NCBI RefSeq assembly: GCF_009914755.1
Contig: NC_060935.1
Direction: 5' to 3' (one strand)
Length of the DNA: 64,000 bases
DNA from: the human T2T-CHM13v2.0 reference genome, Homo sapiens
The position numbers and the translations under genes are program-made. The notes beneath the pieces are model-generated. The model was not told the DNA's origin and made no database searches. It was given only the letters and a program-made list of their open reading frames with translations. Shown here in pieces: positions 43,788 through 62,749 of the stretch (position 1 is the first letter of the stretch; each line of letters begins with the position of its first letter).

Positions 43788-46700
43788 ATATAGACTGAAA
43801 CTAAAGGGATGGAAAAAGATAACTTATGCAAATGGAAACCAACAAAGGGCAAGAGTAGCTACATTTATATCAGACAAAATAGATTTCAAGACAAAAACTG
43901 TAAGAAGAGACAAGGAAGCTCTCTGTACAACAATAAAGGGGTCAATTCAGCAAGAGGATATAACAATTGTAATTATACATGCACCCAACACTGGAGCACT
44001 CAGATATATAAAGCAAATATTAGTAGAGCTAAAGAGAGAGATAGACCCCAATACAATAATAGCTGGAGACTTCAACACCATACTTGCAGCATTGGACAGA
44101 TTTTCTAGACAGAAAATCAACAAAGAAACATCAGATTTAACCTGCACTATAGACCAAATGGACCCAATGAATATTTATAGACCATTTCATCCAATGGCTA
44201 AAAAATACATATTCTCCTCCTCAGCACATGGATCATTCTCAAGAATAGACCATATGTTAGGTCACAAAACAAGTCTTAAAACATTTAAAAAAATAAAATT
44301 AAGCATATTCTCTGACCACAATGGAATAAAACTAGAAATCAATAATGAGGAATTTTGGAAACTATACAAACACATGGAAATTAACTTGTATGCTCCTGAA
44401 TGATCAATGGGTCAATGAAGAAATTAAGAAGAAAATTGAAAATTTGATGAAACAAATGGTAATGTAAACATGACATACCAAAACCTATGGGATACAGTAA
44501 AAGCAACACTAAGAGGGAAGTTTATAGCTATAAGGACTTACATCAAAAAAGAACTAAAGATCAGAGCTGAAGTAATTGAAATTGAAATTGAAATGAAGAA
44601 AACAATACAAAAGATCAATAAAACAAAAGGTGGATTTTTTGAAAAGATAAACAAAATTGACGAACCTTTAACCAGACTAAGAGAAAAAGAGAGAAGACCC
44701 AAATAAATAAAATTAGAGATAAAAAAGGGGACATTACAACTGATGCTGCAGAAATTCAAAGGATCATTAGTAGATACCATGAGAAACCATATGCCAATAA
44801 ATTGGAAAATCTAGAAGAAATGAATAAATTTCTGGACACCTACAACCTACCAAGATTGAACCATAGAAATTCAAAACCTGAACATACCAATAACAAGTAC
44901 CGAGACTGAAGCCATAATAAATCTCCCAGCAAAGAAAAACCCACAACTCATTAGCTTCACTGCTGAATTCTACCAAACATTTAAAGAACTAATATCAATC
45001 CTACTCTGTTCTGACAAATAGAGGAGGGAATACTTCCAAATTCATTCTATGAGGCCAGTATTACCCTGATACCAAAACCAGACAAAGACACATCAAAAAT
45101 AAAAATAAATAAAGCTACAGGCCAATATCACTGATGAATATTGATGCAGAAATCCTCAGCAAAACACTAGCAAATCAAATTCAATGACACATCAAAAAGA
45201 TCATTTATCATGACCAAGTGGGATTTACCCTAGGGATGCAAGGATGGTCCAATATATGCAAATAAATCAGTGTGGTACATCATATCAACAGAATGAAGGA
45301 CAAAAACCACATGATCATTTCAATTGATGCTGAAAAAGCATTTCATAAAAATAAAAAAACTCTCAAAAAACTGGATATAGAAGAAAGATACCTCAACATA
45401 ATAAAAGCCATATACAACAGACTTGCTGCTCATATCAAACTGAATGGGGAAAAACTGAAAGTCTTTCCTCTAAGATCTGGAACATGACAAGGATGCCCAC
45501 TTTCACCACTGTTATTCAACATAGTACTGGACATCTTGGTTAGAGCAATCAGACATGAGAAAGAAATAAAGAGCATGCAAATTGGAAAGGAGGAAGTCAA
45601 ATTACCCTTATTTGCAGATGATATGATCTTTTACTTGGAAAAACATAAAGACTCCACCAAAAAACTATTAGAACTGATAAACAAATACAGTAAAGTTGCA
45701 GGATACAAAATCAACATACAAAAATGGATAGCATTTCTATATGTCAACAGTGAACAATCTGAAAAAGAAATCAAGAAAGTAATCCCATTTACAATAGCTA
45801 CAAATAAAATTAAATTTTATTTGTGCCCTTTGAAACTAACCGAAGAACAAAAGGAATTAACCAAAGAAGTGAAATACGGTTGCAATGAACACTATATAAC
45901 ATTGATGCAAGAAATGGGAGAAAACACCAAAAAATGGAAAGATATTCCATGTTCATGGATTGGAAGAATCAGTATTGTTAAAATGTCCATACTACCCAAA
46001 GCAATTTACAGATGCAATGCAATCCCGATCAAAATACCAATGCCATTCTTAACAGAAATAGAAAAAAACAATTCTAAAATGATTATGGAGCCACAAAAGA
46101 CCCAGAATAGCCAATGCTATCCTAAGCAAAAAGAACAAAACTTGGAGGAATCACATTACCTGACTTCAAATTATACTACAGAGCTATAGTAACCAAAGTG
46201 GGATGATACTGGAATGAAACAGATACATAGACCAGTGGAACAGAATAGAGAACCCAGAAATAAATCCATACATCTACAGTAAACTCATTTTTGACAAAGG
46301 TGCAAAGAACATACATCGGGGAAAGGACACTTTGTTCAATAAATGGTGCTGGGAAAACTGTATATCCGTTTGCAGAAGAATGAAACTAGACCCCTATCTC
46401 TCATGACATAAAAAATCAAATCACTAAGACCTCAAACTATGAAACTATTAAAAGAAAATATTGGGGAAACTCTCCAGAACATTGAAGTGGGCAAAGATTT
46501 CTTGAGTAATACCCCACAAGCACAGGCAACCAAAGCAAAAATGAACAAATGGGATCACATCAAGTTAAAAAGCTTCTCCACAACAAAGGAAACAATCAAC
46601 AAAGAGACAATCCCATTGAATGAACCCCATTCTGTGGGTTGTCTCTTTGCAAACTATCTGTCTGACAAAGGACTAATAACTAGAATATATAAGAAGCTCA

Positions 46701-47679
46701 AATAACTCTATAGGAAAAAGTCTAATAATCTGATTTAAAATGGGCAAAAGATCTGGATAGATATTTATAAAGGAAAGACATATAAATGGCAAACAGGTTT
46801 ATGAAGAGGTGCTCAACATAATTGATCATCAGATAAATGCAGATCAAAACTACAATGAGATATTATCTCACCCCAGTTAAAGTGGATTTTATCCAAAAGA
46901 CAGGCAATAACAAATGCTTTTGAGGATGTGAAGAAAAGGGAACCCTTGTACACTGTTGGTAGGAATGTAAATTAGTACAACTACTATGGAGAACAGTTTG
47001 GCGTTTCCTCAGAAAACTAAAAATAGAGCTATTATACAATCCAGCAATCACGCTCCTAAGTATGTTATCTAAAAGAAAGGAAATATATAATGAAGCGATA
47101 TCTGCACTCTCATGTTTATCGAAGCACTACCCACTATAGCCAAGATTTGGAAGCAACCCAGGTGTCCGTCAACACATAAATGGATAAAGAAAACGTGGTA
47201 CATATACACAATGGAGTACTATTCAGCCATAAAAAAGAATGAGATCCTGTCATTTGCAACAACATGGATGGAACTTAAGGTCATTATGTTAGGTGAAATA
47301 AGCCAGGCACAGAAAGACAAATATCACATGTTCTCACTTATATGTGGGATCTAAAAATTCAAACAATTGAACTTACGGAGATAGCAAATAGAAGGGTGGT
47401 TACTAGAGGCTAGGAAGGGTAGTTGGGGGTAGAGGGGAGGGAACTGGGGATGGTTAATGGGTATAAAAAACAGAAAGAATGAGTAAGGCCTAGTATTTGC
47501 TAGCACAACAGGTGACAATAGTAAAAAATAATGTAATTGTACATTTTAAAATAGCTAAAAGAATATAATTGGATTGTTTGTAACAAAAAGGATAATGCTT
47601 GAGGTGATGGATACCCCATTTACCCTGATGTAATTATTACACATTGCATGTCTGTATCAAAATATCTCATATACCCAAT

Positions 47680-47835
47680 AAATATATATACTTACATGTA
47701 TTTCATATATACTTATATATATTCATAAATATATGCTTATATTTATATACATATAAATATACATATAAGTATATATAAATACAAATATATAAAAATGTAT
47801 AATATATAAAATAAGTATATATAAATATATATATC
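47680..47835. repeat. (TA)-rich low-complexity expansion in the L1 3'UTR
   Basis: degenerate ATAT runs. Confidence 0.9.
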
Positions 47836-47877
47836 TACTATGTACCCACAAAATTTAAAAATTAAAATTAAATTTAA

Positions 47878-48063
<186 letters not shown>

Positions 48064-48464
48064 TAGTTGTTGGTGAAAGAAGTCAGACACAAGAGTACAT
48101 ACTGTATAATTCCATTGATGTGAACTTTTAGAACATTGATATGAATAGGCAAAACTAACCTATAGTGACAGAAATTAGATGGGTGGTTGCCTGGGGTGAA
48201 AGGGAGGGGAAATTGATTGCAAGTAGGCATGAGGAAACTTTCTAGGGTAATGGAAATATTCTGTATCAATAACTGATTGGGGCAGTGATTACACAGATAT
48301 ATACATTTGTTAAAACTCCTCAAAGTATGTACTTAAAGTATGTGCATTTTGCGGTATGCAAATACACCTCAGTACCTCAGTAAAGTTAATTAAGAAGACT
48401 TTATCTTTTTGTGTGTGTTTTTAAATGTTTTTTTCTTTTTCTTTTCTTTTTGGGAAGACTTTAT

Positions 48465-48770
48465 CTTTTTTTTTTTTTTTTTTTTTTTTTTGAGACGGAG
48501 TCTCGCTCTGTTGCCAGGCTGGAGTGCAGTGGCAATAACCTCGGCTCACTGCAACCTCTGCCTCCTGGGTTCAGGCGATTCTCCTGCCTCAGCCTCCCAA
48601 GTAGCTGGGACTACAGGCGCATGCCACCACGCCCAGCTGATTTTTGTGTTTTTAGTAGTGACAGGGTTTCACCATGTTGGCCAGTATGATCTCAGTCTCG
48701 ACCTCATGATCCACCTGCCTCAGCCTCCCAAAGTGCTGGGATTACAGGCGTGAGCCACCATGCCAGGCTG
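48465..48770 (-). mobile_element. Alu (AluS)
   Basis: TSD GACTTTATCTTTT. Confidence 0.93.
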
Positions 48771-51442
48771 ACTTTATCTTTTAATAAATAATTTATTTAA
48801 CTTGATGTGTAACTTTTAAATATTTAGACTTATCACATGTGGGCCCTACTGTATTTCCACCCTGGGCCCCAAGGATAATGCCTTGGTTTCTTGCAGGAGT
48901 AGGTAAATGACAGATGCTGGTGCCATTTACAGAGATGAGGAAAGCCCAGGAGGATTAGGCTTCGTCGGGGCAAGGCTGGTATTCAGCTGGTGCATTCCAG
49001 GAGTGCAATACTGATTAAAAAAAAAATACCTCTGCTGCTCTGAGCCTTCTTGCCACCAAGCTACCTGGCCCTCACCCTGGGATCCTCAGATCCTCCCACT
49101 CTCCAGCAACTAAATGGTTAATACCTGGCACATCACTGGCACAGTAATGGGTCTTCAGGATGCTGATCCAAATCCAGGGGAACTTGCTAGTGCCTGTAAC
49201 CCTCAATATTTTAAATGTCACCTCTGATAGAATTGGGGAAGGAAGCATGTGAGTCAAAGGTTTATGGCTAGAAGTTGAAAGGGGAGGTCTGAGCTGGAGA
49301 TGGAGCTTGTTGACTCTTGTTGCCTGCGGAATCAAGTCCAAACTCCCTTAGGTTGGCCCTGCAGTTCCCTTAGGTTATCATTCAGCTTCCACGTGACTCC
49401 CTCCAGCTCCCTGCCAGGATCCCTGATCACTCTGTGTTCCAGGACCCACTATTCCCTCTACCTGGAATGCCCTTTCATGTCTTCTCCACTGGCCACCCTC
49501 CTTTTTGTCCTTCAGGGCCATCTCGCATATCTCTGCCTCCTGAGGCCTCCCACCCTGTTTTCCATGGCTCCTCCAAACAGAGGACAGCACGCTGCCTTGT
49601 GCATCTCTGTTTAGATCCCTGCTTTCTGCACTAGGCTGTGAACTCCTCCCGGTCAGGGACAGGGGCTGGTGGCTCTCTGGGCCAAGCAAGGCCCTGGCAT
49701 GGAGCAGTTCTAGTAAATCTTAAAGGACTAGATGGTGAGGCAGCATCCTGACTGGATTTACCACAGCCCCACCCTCACTCCATGACTTCTGTGCATGTGG
49801 AAGTCACAAATTTAGACAGACTAAACTTGGTCTTCTTGAAAGAATAGGCTCTTTAACAGCAAAGACCACTCTTTCCACATCACTTCTTGCTCTTTCACAG
49901 CCTGAGAAAAAGCACACAAATGCAAAGCAAGGGTGACCCTGGTCAGGCAGAATGGAATTTCAGCCTGGAGTCTTGTGAGCTGAGTGACCTCAGAGAAGTT
50001 GCTTCACTTTTCTGAGCCTCAGATTTCTCAGGTGAGAGAATGGAGATAACAGTACCTGCTTCACGAGGTGGATGTGAGGACTGAATGAAATAATGTGTAT
50101 AAAAGTGTGTCAGGGAGAGGGGAGAGGGAGAATGAGGGTTATTGTTTAATAGGTACAGAGGTTCTGTTATATTTTATATGATAAAAATATTCTAGAGATG
50201 AATAGTAGTGACAGTTCGTAGCAATGTGGATATACTTAATCCCACTGAACTGTACACTTAAAAAGGTTACAATGATACATTTTATGTTGTGTATATTTTA
50301 CCACAATAAAAATAAATTAATACGCTGAATGAAAGATCTTCCCTCATTGTCCCCTGCCCAAAAAGGGTTCAGCATGGTTCCAGGTACACAGCAGATGATC
50401 CATATGTCTGAGCTTCCTTCCTCCTCCCTTCTGGATTTCTCTCCACCTGGGTTCCAGGGCCATGGCCAAGAGGCAGGATGAGGGAGAGCAGGACGGGTGT
50501 CAGGAGCGGAAGTGATTAAATGTTGAACGAGGATATGGTGTTTGTGGGGTCAAAGCCAGGACTGCCCTCTGGAAAGCCCAGGCATGAGGAGGCGAGCTGC
50601 CTCCCCGCCTGAAAGGAAGAAGGATGTCCGGGGGTCAGGGATGACACTGGTGTTTTTGGCCATGAGAGAGAAGTAAGATATCTAAATTAAGGAGGAAAGG
50701 CAGGCGGGAGTTGCAGGATGTCTATGTTGGCCTACGTTGCAAAAATAAATGCATCTAGAAATAAATACATACGTAAATAAATAAGTACAGATTTTTTTAA
50801 AGACCTCAACTCCACCTTCTTGCTCTATTTCACCAAGGACAAGGGCAGTATAATAAGCTGAGAAGGGAAACGAGATTGTAGATTCCGGCTGCTATGGGGA
50901 AATTACAAATGAGGTCTGACGCTATCTTTGTTTCTTTTTCATTATGAAAAATACCTTGCCTGACATGGGCACCCTGCCACCATTGGGAAAACCGTGAGAA
51001 TCCAGTTTGTTCCCAAAACACTGCCATGGGGAGCTGAGGTCACAAGGGAACATTGCTTTTCCCCAAGGCAACTGTGACCAAAAATAAATAAATAAATGAA
51101 TAAATGATAAATAAACAATGTCCTGGAAGAAACACTGAAGTGGATATCAGGGCACATGGCTTCTGGCCTGGTGTGTTCACATCCTAGCTGGGTGACCTGG
51201 GACACGTCACCTTCCCTCTCTGCACTTCAGCTGTTTCATCTGCAGAATGAGGGGAGCCACCAGATGACCTCTGAGGGTGCTTCCATCTCAGATAATATCT
51301 CTAATACTCATGATTCTAGGATATACTCTTTTCAAGCCCTTGAAAGAACAATGGGAGTTGGTGAGGAAAGAAAATGCTGAGCTGGATGGTGGAACTGACT
51401 GTCTCAGAGTTGGAAGAGAATCTGAAAGATCACCCAGCCCGC

Positions 51443-51495
51443 CCATCCATCCATCCATCCATCCATCCATCCATCCATCCATCCATCCATCCATC
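51443..51495. repeat. (CCAT)n tetranucleotide microsatellite
   Basis: about 13 perfect units. Confidence 0.97.
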
Positions 51496-52566
51496 CGTTT
51501 ATCCATCTACCCACTCAGTATTCCTACTTGAGCCTGGCTCTGTGTAGGGAAGTGAGGACCAAAAATGGATCAGACTCATTCCTTACCTTCCTGGAGCTCT
51601 CAATCTAGGGAACCTGGGGGTGAGGGAGGAAGGTAACTGAGTGATTATGTTACCAAGGGCTATGAACTGGGGTCTGAACATGCAGGGTATGGTAGGGGTG
51701 CAGCGTGGGTAAGACCTGCTCAGCTTGAGGAGGCCAGGAGAGGCTTCCAGATGAAGAATCTACTCAATAAGTAGAAGCTCTTCAGGTAGAGAAAAGGGGA
51801 AACAGCAGAACAGCACATGCACAAGTGCTGCTGTATGATGAAGTCATTCCAATCCCAGGGCACCAACGTCCTGCCTTACAGCAATTCAGGTAAACACATC
51901 CCAGGGTTTTGGAAATGATTAGATTAGAGTTTCTCAGACCTGGGACTATAAACCCCTCAAGGTTAATAAATAAATATATTGTGAGGAGCCTGAAATGTGT
52001 CTGTGAAAACTTCTAAATGTTATGTTTCATTTTGATGGTAATCCAAACAAAATCAGCATGTTCTGAATTGTCTGGAAGGCTACCACCTGCCATGGCATTT
52101 GGACACTGACTTTGTGTTTCTGATCACTTTGAAGCCAGATAGTGCTTTACGTTCATTGTTATAGCCCAACCAAGGAAAATAGAGGTGGGCTTAATGTAAA
52201 TGATACTTCTATGCCAAGTAAAAGTCAAATGGGGACTTGGTGCACGGTCAAAATGAAGACTTTCCAGGAGTTTGACCAGAGAAGCACAGTGGGAGCTGCC
52301 TGCAGTCTACAGTGCTCTGGGTGTGCTGTACTAAAAAAGCCTGTGCCATAGCAGTCTGCCCCATACTCAGGCTTCAAATGGCAATTTAACTTCAGTAAAA
52401 CATCTTCTGGCATACTAAGTTAGAATGTTTGTTTGAATTTTATAGGGTTAGTAATTGTGTTTATTTTCCATTTGTCTTGGTTTAGAGTTACAGAACAGCT
52501 ACTAGCATAAGGAATTTATACTGAGTTTTGTGCTTGTAAGTATACAAGTGATATTAAAATAATTTA

Positions 52567-52870
<304 letters not shown>

Positions 52871-53334
52871 ATTTAAGTCAACTTTGGGGTGAATCTGTAA
52901 GAATTTTGAACAGGGGCACCTCCATTACTTGAGTTTGAGAAACATGCTGTTAGTTGCTTGGTTAGCAATCCTCATTGTTTATAGAGTCTCTTCCTTTAGT
53001 TTAATGGGAGTCCTTCTTGCTGCCACCTTAGGTCAAAATTACCTCCAAAAAGAAGAACCATAACCTATTATCATATAGCTAAAAAAAAAAAAAAAGTGCA
53101 CAGGGCCTCTAGGAGGTAACTGCATCTTCCAGGGTTAGGCACAGCTGACGTGTACTTTACCACTTTCCACTGCCCCCCAACATACACCCTCTGCTGCAGC
53201 CATGTGGTTGATACCTTAGCAGGGTTCACTAAACAACTTGGGTAAAGTTCTTAATCTCTCCAAGCTCCAGTTTACTAATCTGTAAAACAGTCATGCTAAT
53301 AATACTTTACTTCTCAGGGTTGTTGTGAATATCA

Positions 53335-53675
<341 letters not shown>

Positions 53676-55359
53676 TTAGAATAGTCACCATTAACACTAG
53701 ACACATTTCCTACTTTCTTTCATTTAATCCTCCCAGTAAGTCTACACAGAGATAGTTTATCCCAATTTTGTAGCTCAAGAAACAAGTTTAGAGAGGTGAA
53801 GGGAGTTTGTCAGATAACTGAACTGAGATTCAAACCTAACTCTCAAACACGCAAACTGCCTTTGCTGTGACCATTGCACACACATTACTCATGCCCTGCC
53901 AGCTTCACCTGTGAAAATATTGCCTGCCTTTTAAGACCCTTACCGGAATTAAGCTCTCCTCCTGCGTGTTCATTCATACCTTTTGCTTGGCCTCGTGGAT
54001 TGCAGGAATTTAATCTAGCTTTGCCTGATACAGGGTCAATTTACCCAGGACACACCCTTTTCAGGGGGTGAAGGATGAAGGCAAATTATCAGAGGTCTGG
54101 GAACAATCAAATGAGTCCCCACCCAGTGAAGTCACCCACATCCAGAGCCTCTTCCCTGAAAACCCCCACCACTCCTTTTCCTTAGCCAGATCCCCAGGGG
54201 CTCACTTGGGTGTTTATTAAATTGAATGAAATGAATGGAGCCAAGAGATCTGGCCTCCAACCCCTGTCCTGCAAATACGGTGTCTGATTTGAACAAGTCA
54301 TTTTGCCTCACTGAGTCCCACGCTCTGGAAAATGCAGTAGGGGGATGTGTGGATTGGGTGCTTGGTGAAGTCCTACCAATCTTTAACATTCTATGTCTCG
54401 AAAGCTGTAGCAAAACATCAGCATGAGACTTGTGGCCAGATTAAGTTTCTTGGAACAGGGTACTTCCTGAGATTATTTTAGTATATGTTCATACATTGTA
54501 GCAAGAAGGGGGAAAATGGACATTGAAATCAAAGTTTACCATAGTTATTTTGTCTTCCAGGGAATGTCATATTCGTCAGTAAAGACAAGATTTTTTTTTC
54601 TAAAAAACACCACAGTCAGCTTTTTTGTATGTGGAAAGTGAGCCTGAGAATCCTCACTCTTCTTTCGGTGTAATTAAATTTTTTTATGATTCCATTTTAT
54701 CTCCTTTGTTAGCTTATCAGCTAGAATGCATTGTTTTGTTTTGTTTTTTAATGCCCTGGACTAGAAGTCTTTATTTTATTTTCTTTTTTTGTATCATTGA
54801 AAGTTTCAATTTGTTATAAAATCATAAAAATAATCCAGATCCATTAAACATCAGAATAATATGTCAACATGTAACATACATTAAGTATAAGTATAGGTTA
54901 ATTAACTTTAGGCTGATTGGTACATACATCCAAAGCTTTGAGTTGTCTTCCTCAGAGTCATATGATTAAACACAGTGGCTCTAGAAGCCACTGAAGTCAA
55001 GACAAGGAGACCTAAATGGGCTGTGATCTGAAGCCCCACACCACTGCATTTCTTATTTCTATGTGTTTGCTTTTTTAAAGAACAACAACAAAAATTCCAA
55101 AGAGCATAATGCACTGACATTCAATAATGTCAATTTTACAGATGAAAAAATTGAAATTTAGAAAAGGCAAAGACTCACCTCCTTGCCTAGGTCATGACCA
55201 GCTAGTGGTACCTACATGTGTAGCCATGTATGTTTGCTTTCCCCTTTAACCTTTTTGCCAAATGAATTACCCTAGATTCACATTCATTTTATTATTGACA
55301 AGTAGTCACGTTCTGTAAGAGATCCTGATGGTTGTCCTCTATAACTTTTCCTTGAAATA

Positions 55360-55650
55360 TAGTCATGTACTGCGTAATGTTTCTGTTACTGACAGACCAC
55401 ATATGTGATGATACTCCTAAAATATTATAAAACCTACCATATTTTAATTGTACCTTTTCTATGTGTAGATGTGTTTAGATAAATAAATTCTTACATTGTG
55501 GTAAAATTACCTGCAGTATTCAGTACAGTAACATGCTGTACAGGTTTGCACCCTAGGAACAATAGGCTATTCCATCTAGCATAAGGGTATAGTAGGCCAT
55601 ACCATGTAGGTTTGTGTAAGTGTACTTTATTATATTTGTGTGCCTAATTC
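55360..55650 (+). mobile_element. Tigger3a-like MITE lacking its right end
   Basis: AGTCATGTACTGCGTAA...GACAGACCACATAT...CAGTAACATGCTGTACAGGTTTG...GGTTTGTGTAAG. Confidence 0.75.
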
Positions 55651-55655
55651 TCTCT

Positions 55656-58891
<3,236 letters not shown>

Positions 58892-59089
58892 TCACAGTCT
58901 AGGTGACATTATGCCATTTCACATACAATATAAGAATTGTAAAACAGGATACTTCCATTTCTCTTCTCCAGCCCTTTGTGTTTATGCTTTCACACATTTT
59001 ATTTTTGTTAAATAGTTAATTTTCTGTTATGGAAAAGTAAATAATAAGAATTCTATTATATTTACCCAGATAGATAGCATTTCTGGTGA

Positions 59090-59395
<306 letters not shown>

Positions 59396-59752
59396 TCTGG
59401 TGTTCTTCGTTCCTCTGTATAGATTCATATTTCTGTCTGGTATCATTTTACTTCTTGCAGAAGAACTCCCTTTAGCATTTCTTACAAAGTTTGTCTCCTG
59501 ATGATGAATACTTTAGTTTTTATATGTCTGAAAACAACTTTGTTTTGATTTCTTCAAATGATATTTCCATAGAAACATCATTTTGGGTATAGAATTCTAG
59601 GCTCACAAGTGTTTTTTTCGTTGTTGTTGTCCAATATCCTTAAGATGTTGCTGCACTGTCTTCTCACTTGCATTGTTTCCAACAAAAAAACAATCAGTTG
59701 TCATCATTTATTCCTTTGTATGTAATGCCTTTCTTCTCTGGCTGCCGTCAAG

Positions 59753-60980
59753 ATGGTCATTTGCTGCATAACACACTGCATATACAATGGTGATTCCATA
59801 AGATTATAATGGAGCTGAAAAATTTCTGTCACCTTGTGAAAACTTTCTATCACTTTATCCTATCAATGATATGATGTCATGGCCATCATAATGTTGTAGC
59901 ACAATTACTTTTAAAAAAATGAATTTAGAGTAACCTAAGTGTACAGCGTTTATAAAGCCTACAGTAGTATACAGTAATGTCCTAGGCCTTCCTATTTAAT
60001 CACCACTCATTTACTGACTCACCTAGAGCAACTTTCATTTCTGCAAGCTCCATTCATGGTAAGTGACCTATACAGGTATACCATTTTTAAATCTTTTTTT
60101 TGAGACAGGATCTTGCTATGTTGCCCAGGTGGTCTTGAACTCTTGAGCTCAAACAATCCTCCTGCCTGAGCTTCCTGAGTAGCTGGGATTATAGGCATGC
60201 ACCACTGTACCTGGCTCCATTTTTTAATCTTTTACATATTTTATGCGGTATTTTTACTATACCTTTTCTATGTTTAGATATATTTAGATACACAAATATT
60301 TACCTTTCTATTACAGTTGGCTACAGTATTCAGTACAGTAACATACTGTGCAGCTCTATAGCCTAGGAGCAATAGATATACTAAGGGAGGAGACCACCCC
60401 TCATATTGTCTTATGCCCAATTTCTGCCTCCAAAGAAAGAAAAAATAAAAACTAAAAGGCAGAAATGAAATCCACAAGCAGACAGCCCAGCGCCACACCC
60501 TGGGCCTGGTAGTTAAAGATCCACCCCTGATCTAATTGGTTATGTTATCTACAAATTCCAGACATTGTATAGAAAAGCACTGTGAAAATCCCTATCCTAT
60601 TTTGTTCCGATCTAATTACTGGTACATGCAGCCCCCAGTCACGTACCCCCTGCTTGCTCAATCGATCGTGACCCTCTCACGCGCACCCCCTTGGAGTTGT
60701 GAGCCCTTAAAAGGGACAGGAATTGCTCACTTGGGGAGCTCGGCTCTTGAGACAGGAGTCTTGCCAATGCCCCTGGCCGAATAAACCCCTTCCTTCTTTA
60801 ACTCGGTGTCTGAGGAGTTTTGTCTGCGGCTCGTCCTGCTTCAATACCACGTAGTAGAGGTGTATAGTAGGCTATACCATCTGGGTTTGTGTAAGTATGC
60901 TCTATATTTATGCAACAAGGAAATCACCTGATAACACATTTCTTAGACTGTATCCCCAGATTTAAGTAACGCATGATTGT
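59753..60980 (+). mobile_element. Tigger3 (Golem) derivative interrupted by a FLAM and LTR2
   Basis: ...CCATAAGATTATAATGGAGCTGAAAAATT ... GTATCCCC..TTAAGTAACGCATGATTG|TA end. Confidence 0.8.
60382..60843 (+). mobile_element. Solo LTR2 (HERV-E/Harlequin)
   Basis: TAAGGGAGGAGACCACCCCTCATATTGTC...AATAAACCC...CTCGTCCTGCTTCA; 4-bp TSD ATAC. Confidence 0.88.
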
Positions 60981-61198
60981 ATTTTCTCTTTATCACTGAT
61001 TTTAATAATTTGGCTGTGATGTGACCGGTACAGTTTTCTTCATGTTCCTTGTACTTGGTGTTTGTTGAGATTTTTGTTCCATGGGTTTATAATTTTAATC
61101 ACATTTGAAAAAATTTCAGCTATTATTTCTTCAAATATCTCTTCTGTTGCCCTCTTTGGGGGCCTCTTCTTTGGGGACTCCAATTACATGTATATTAG

Positions 61199-61520
<322 letters not shown>

Positions 61521-62749
61521 ATTAATAATATTCTTAATTCATTTTTATTTCTGTATTTCTTTTTTGTATGGCTTATATTGCTAAAATTTTAAATTAATGA
61601 ATCTTTTCTTCTGCTGGGCTTAATCTGCTATTAATCCCACCAATGTGCCGGCATAGACATTGAGGTTTTCATTTGTAAAAGTTTGATTTGTATCTCTTTT
61701 ATGTTTTCCATGTTTCTATTTAACTTTTGAACATACGGAATAAAGTTATAATAACTATTTTCAGATCCTTCTCTGATAATTCTAACATCTGTGTCAATTC
61801 TGGGTCAATTTCAATTGGCAGATTATTCTCACTTTGAGTCATGGTTTCCTGCCTCTTTGCATGTCTCCTAACCTTTAATTAGATGTCAGACACTGTGATT
61901 TCTGCCTTCTTGAGTGCTGGATATTTTTTAATTTCTATAAATAATCTTCAGCTTTGTTTTGGGATACAGTTTGATCCTCTTGGGTCTTGCCTTTATGATT
62001 TTTAAGGTGGGTCTAGAGTTGTGCTCATTCTAGGGATAATTATGTGCACTACTGAGCCAATACCTTCCTGATTCTCCATCCAGTGAATCATGCCCTGTGA
62101 AACATGTTTTTCCAGTCTGGCTGGTGGGAAGAGACACTATTCCTGGATAGCGCTGAGCATCGTCACCTCTAGTCCTTCAGGATGGTTCTTTCCCTGGCCT
62201 TGGTAGTTTCCTCACACATGCACACTGATCATTAATCAACTGAAAGACTCAAGTAAGACCTTCTGAAGATCTCTGGAGTTCTGTTTGGGTGAAGTTCTCT
62301 CTCCTCTCTGTATGGTGCCCTGTGAATTATTGTTGCATGTTACTACTGATGAATAAGGAAGAGTATTTATTAACATGTATTGAGCAGTTACAATTTCTGA
62401 ATGAGGAAACTAAGCTAAGAGAAGTTAATTAATTTGTCAAAGGTCATTACGAGAGAGGCGGTCTGTCTCTAAACACCCACATCTTTAATCATTAAACTGT
62501 ACTGCCTTATCATGTATTTAATGTGGCATTATTTCCTTATCTTTAGGAAAAGCTGATATTAAATCTATGGTCTGGTTTATAATCAACGGCAGGTTAGAAT
62601 AGAGAAAATTTAATGATTTAAAAAACTGAGCACAGAGAATAAGAGAATATGAGATCAAATGTGTCACTTAACGATAAGTGTCACTAACATTTATCAAGCA
62701 CTTATTCAGACCAGGTGTTTTTTTGAATGCTCTGCATTGCACCACATAT

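Noticed and set aside
50490-51060. Repeat-poor stretch with an ETS-like CGGAAGT and a few CpGs as an enhancer or exon
   Set aside because: Short motifs alone are not sufficient; needs conservation or chromatin data
51277-51531. ORFs with IHPS / MDGW repeats
   Set aside because: Translation of the (CCAT)n microsatellite
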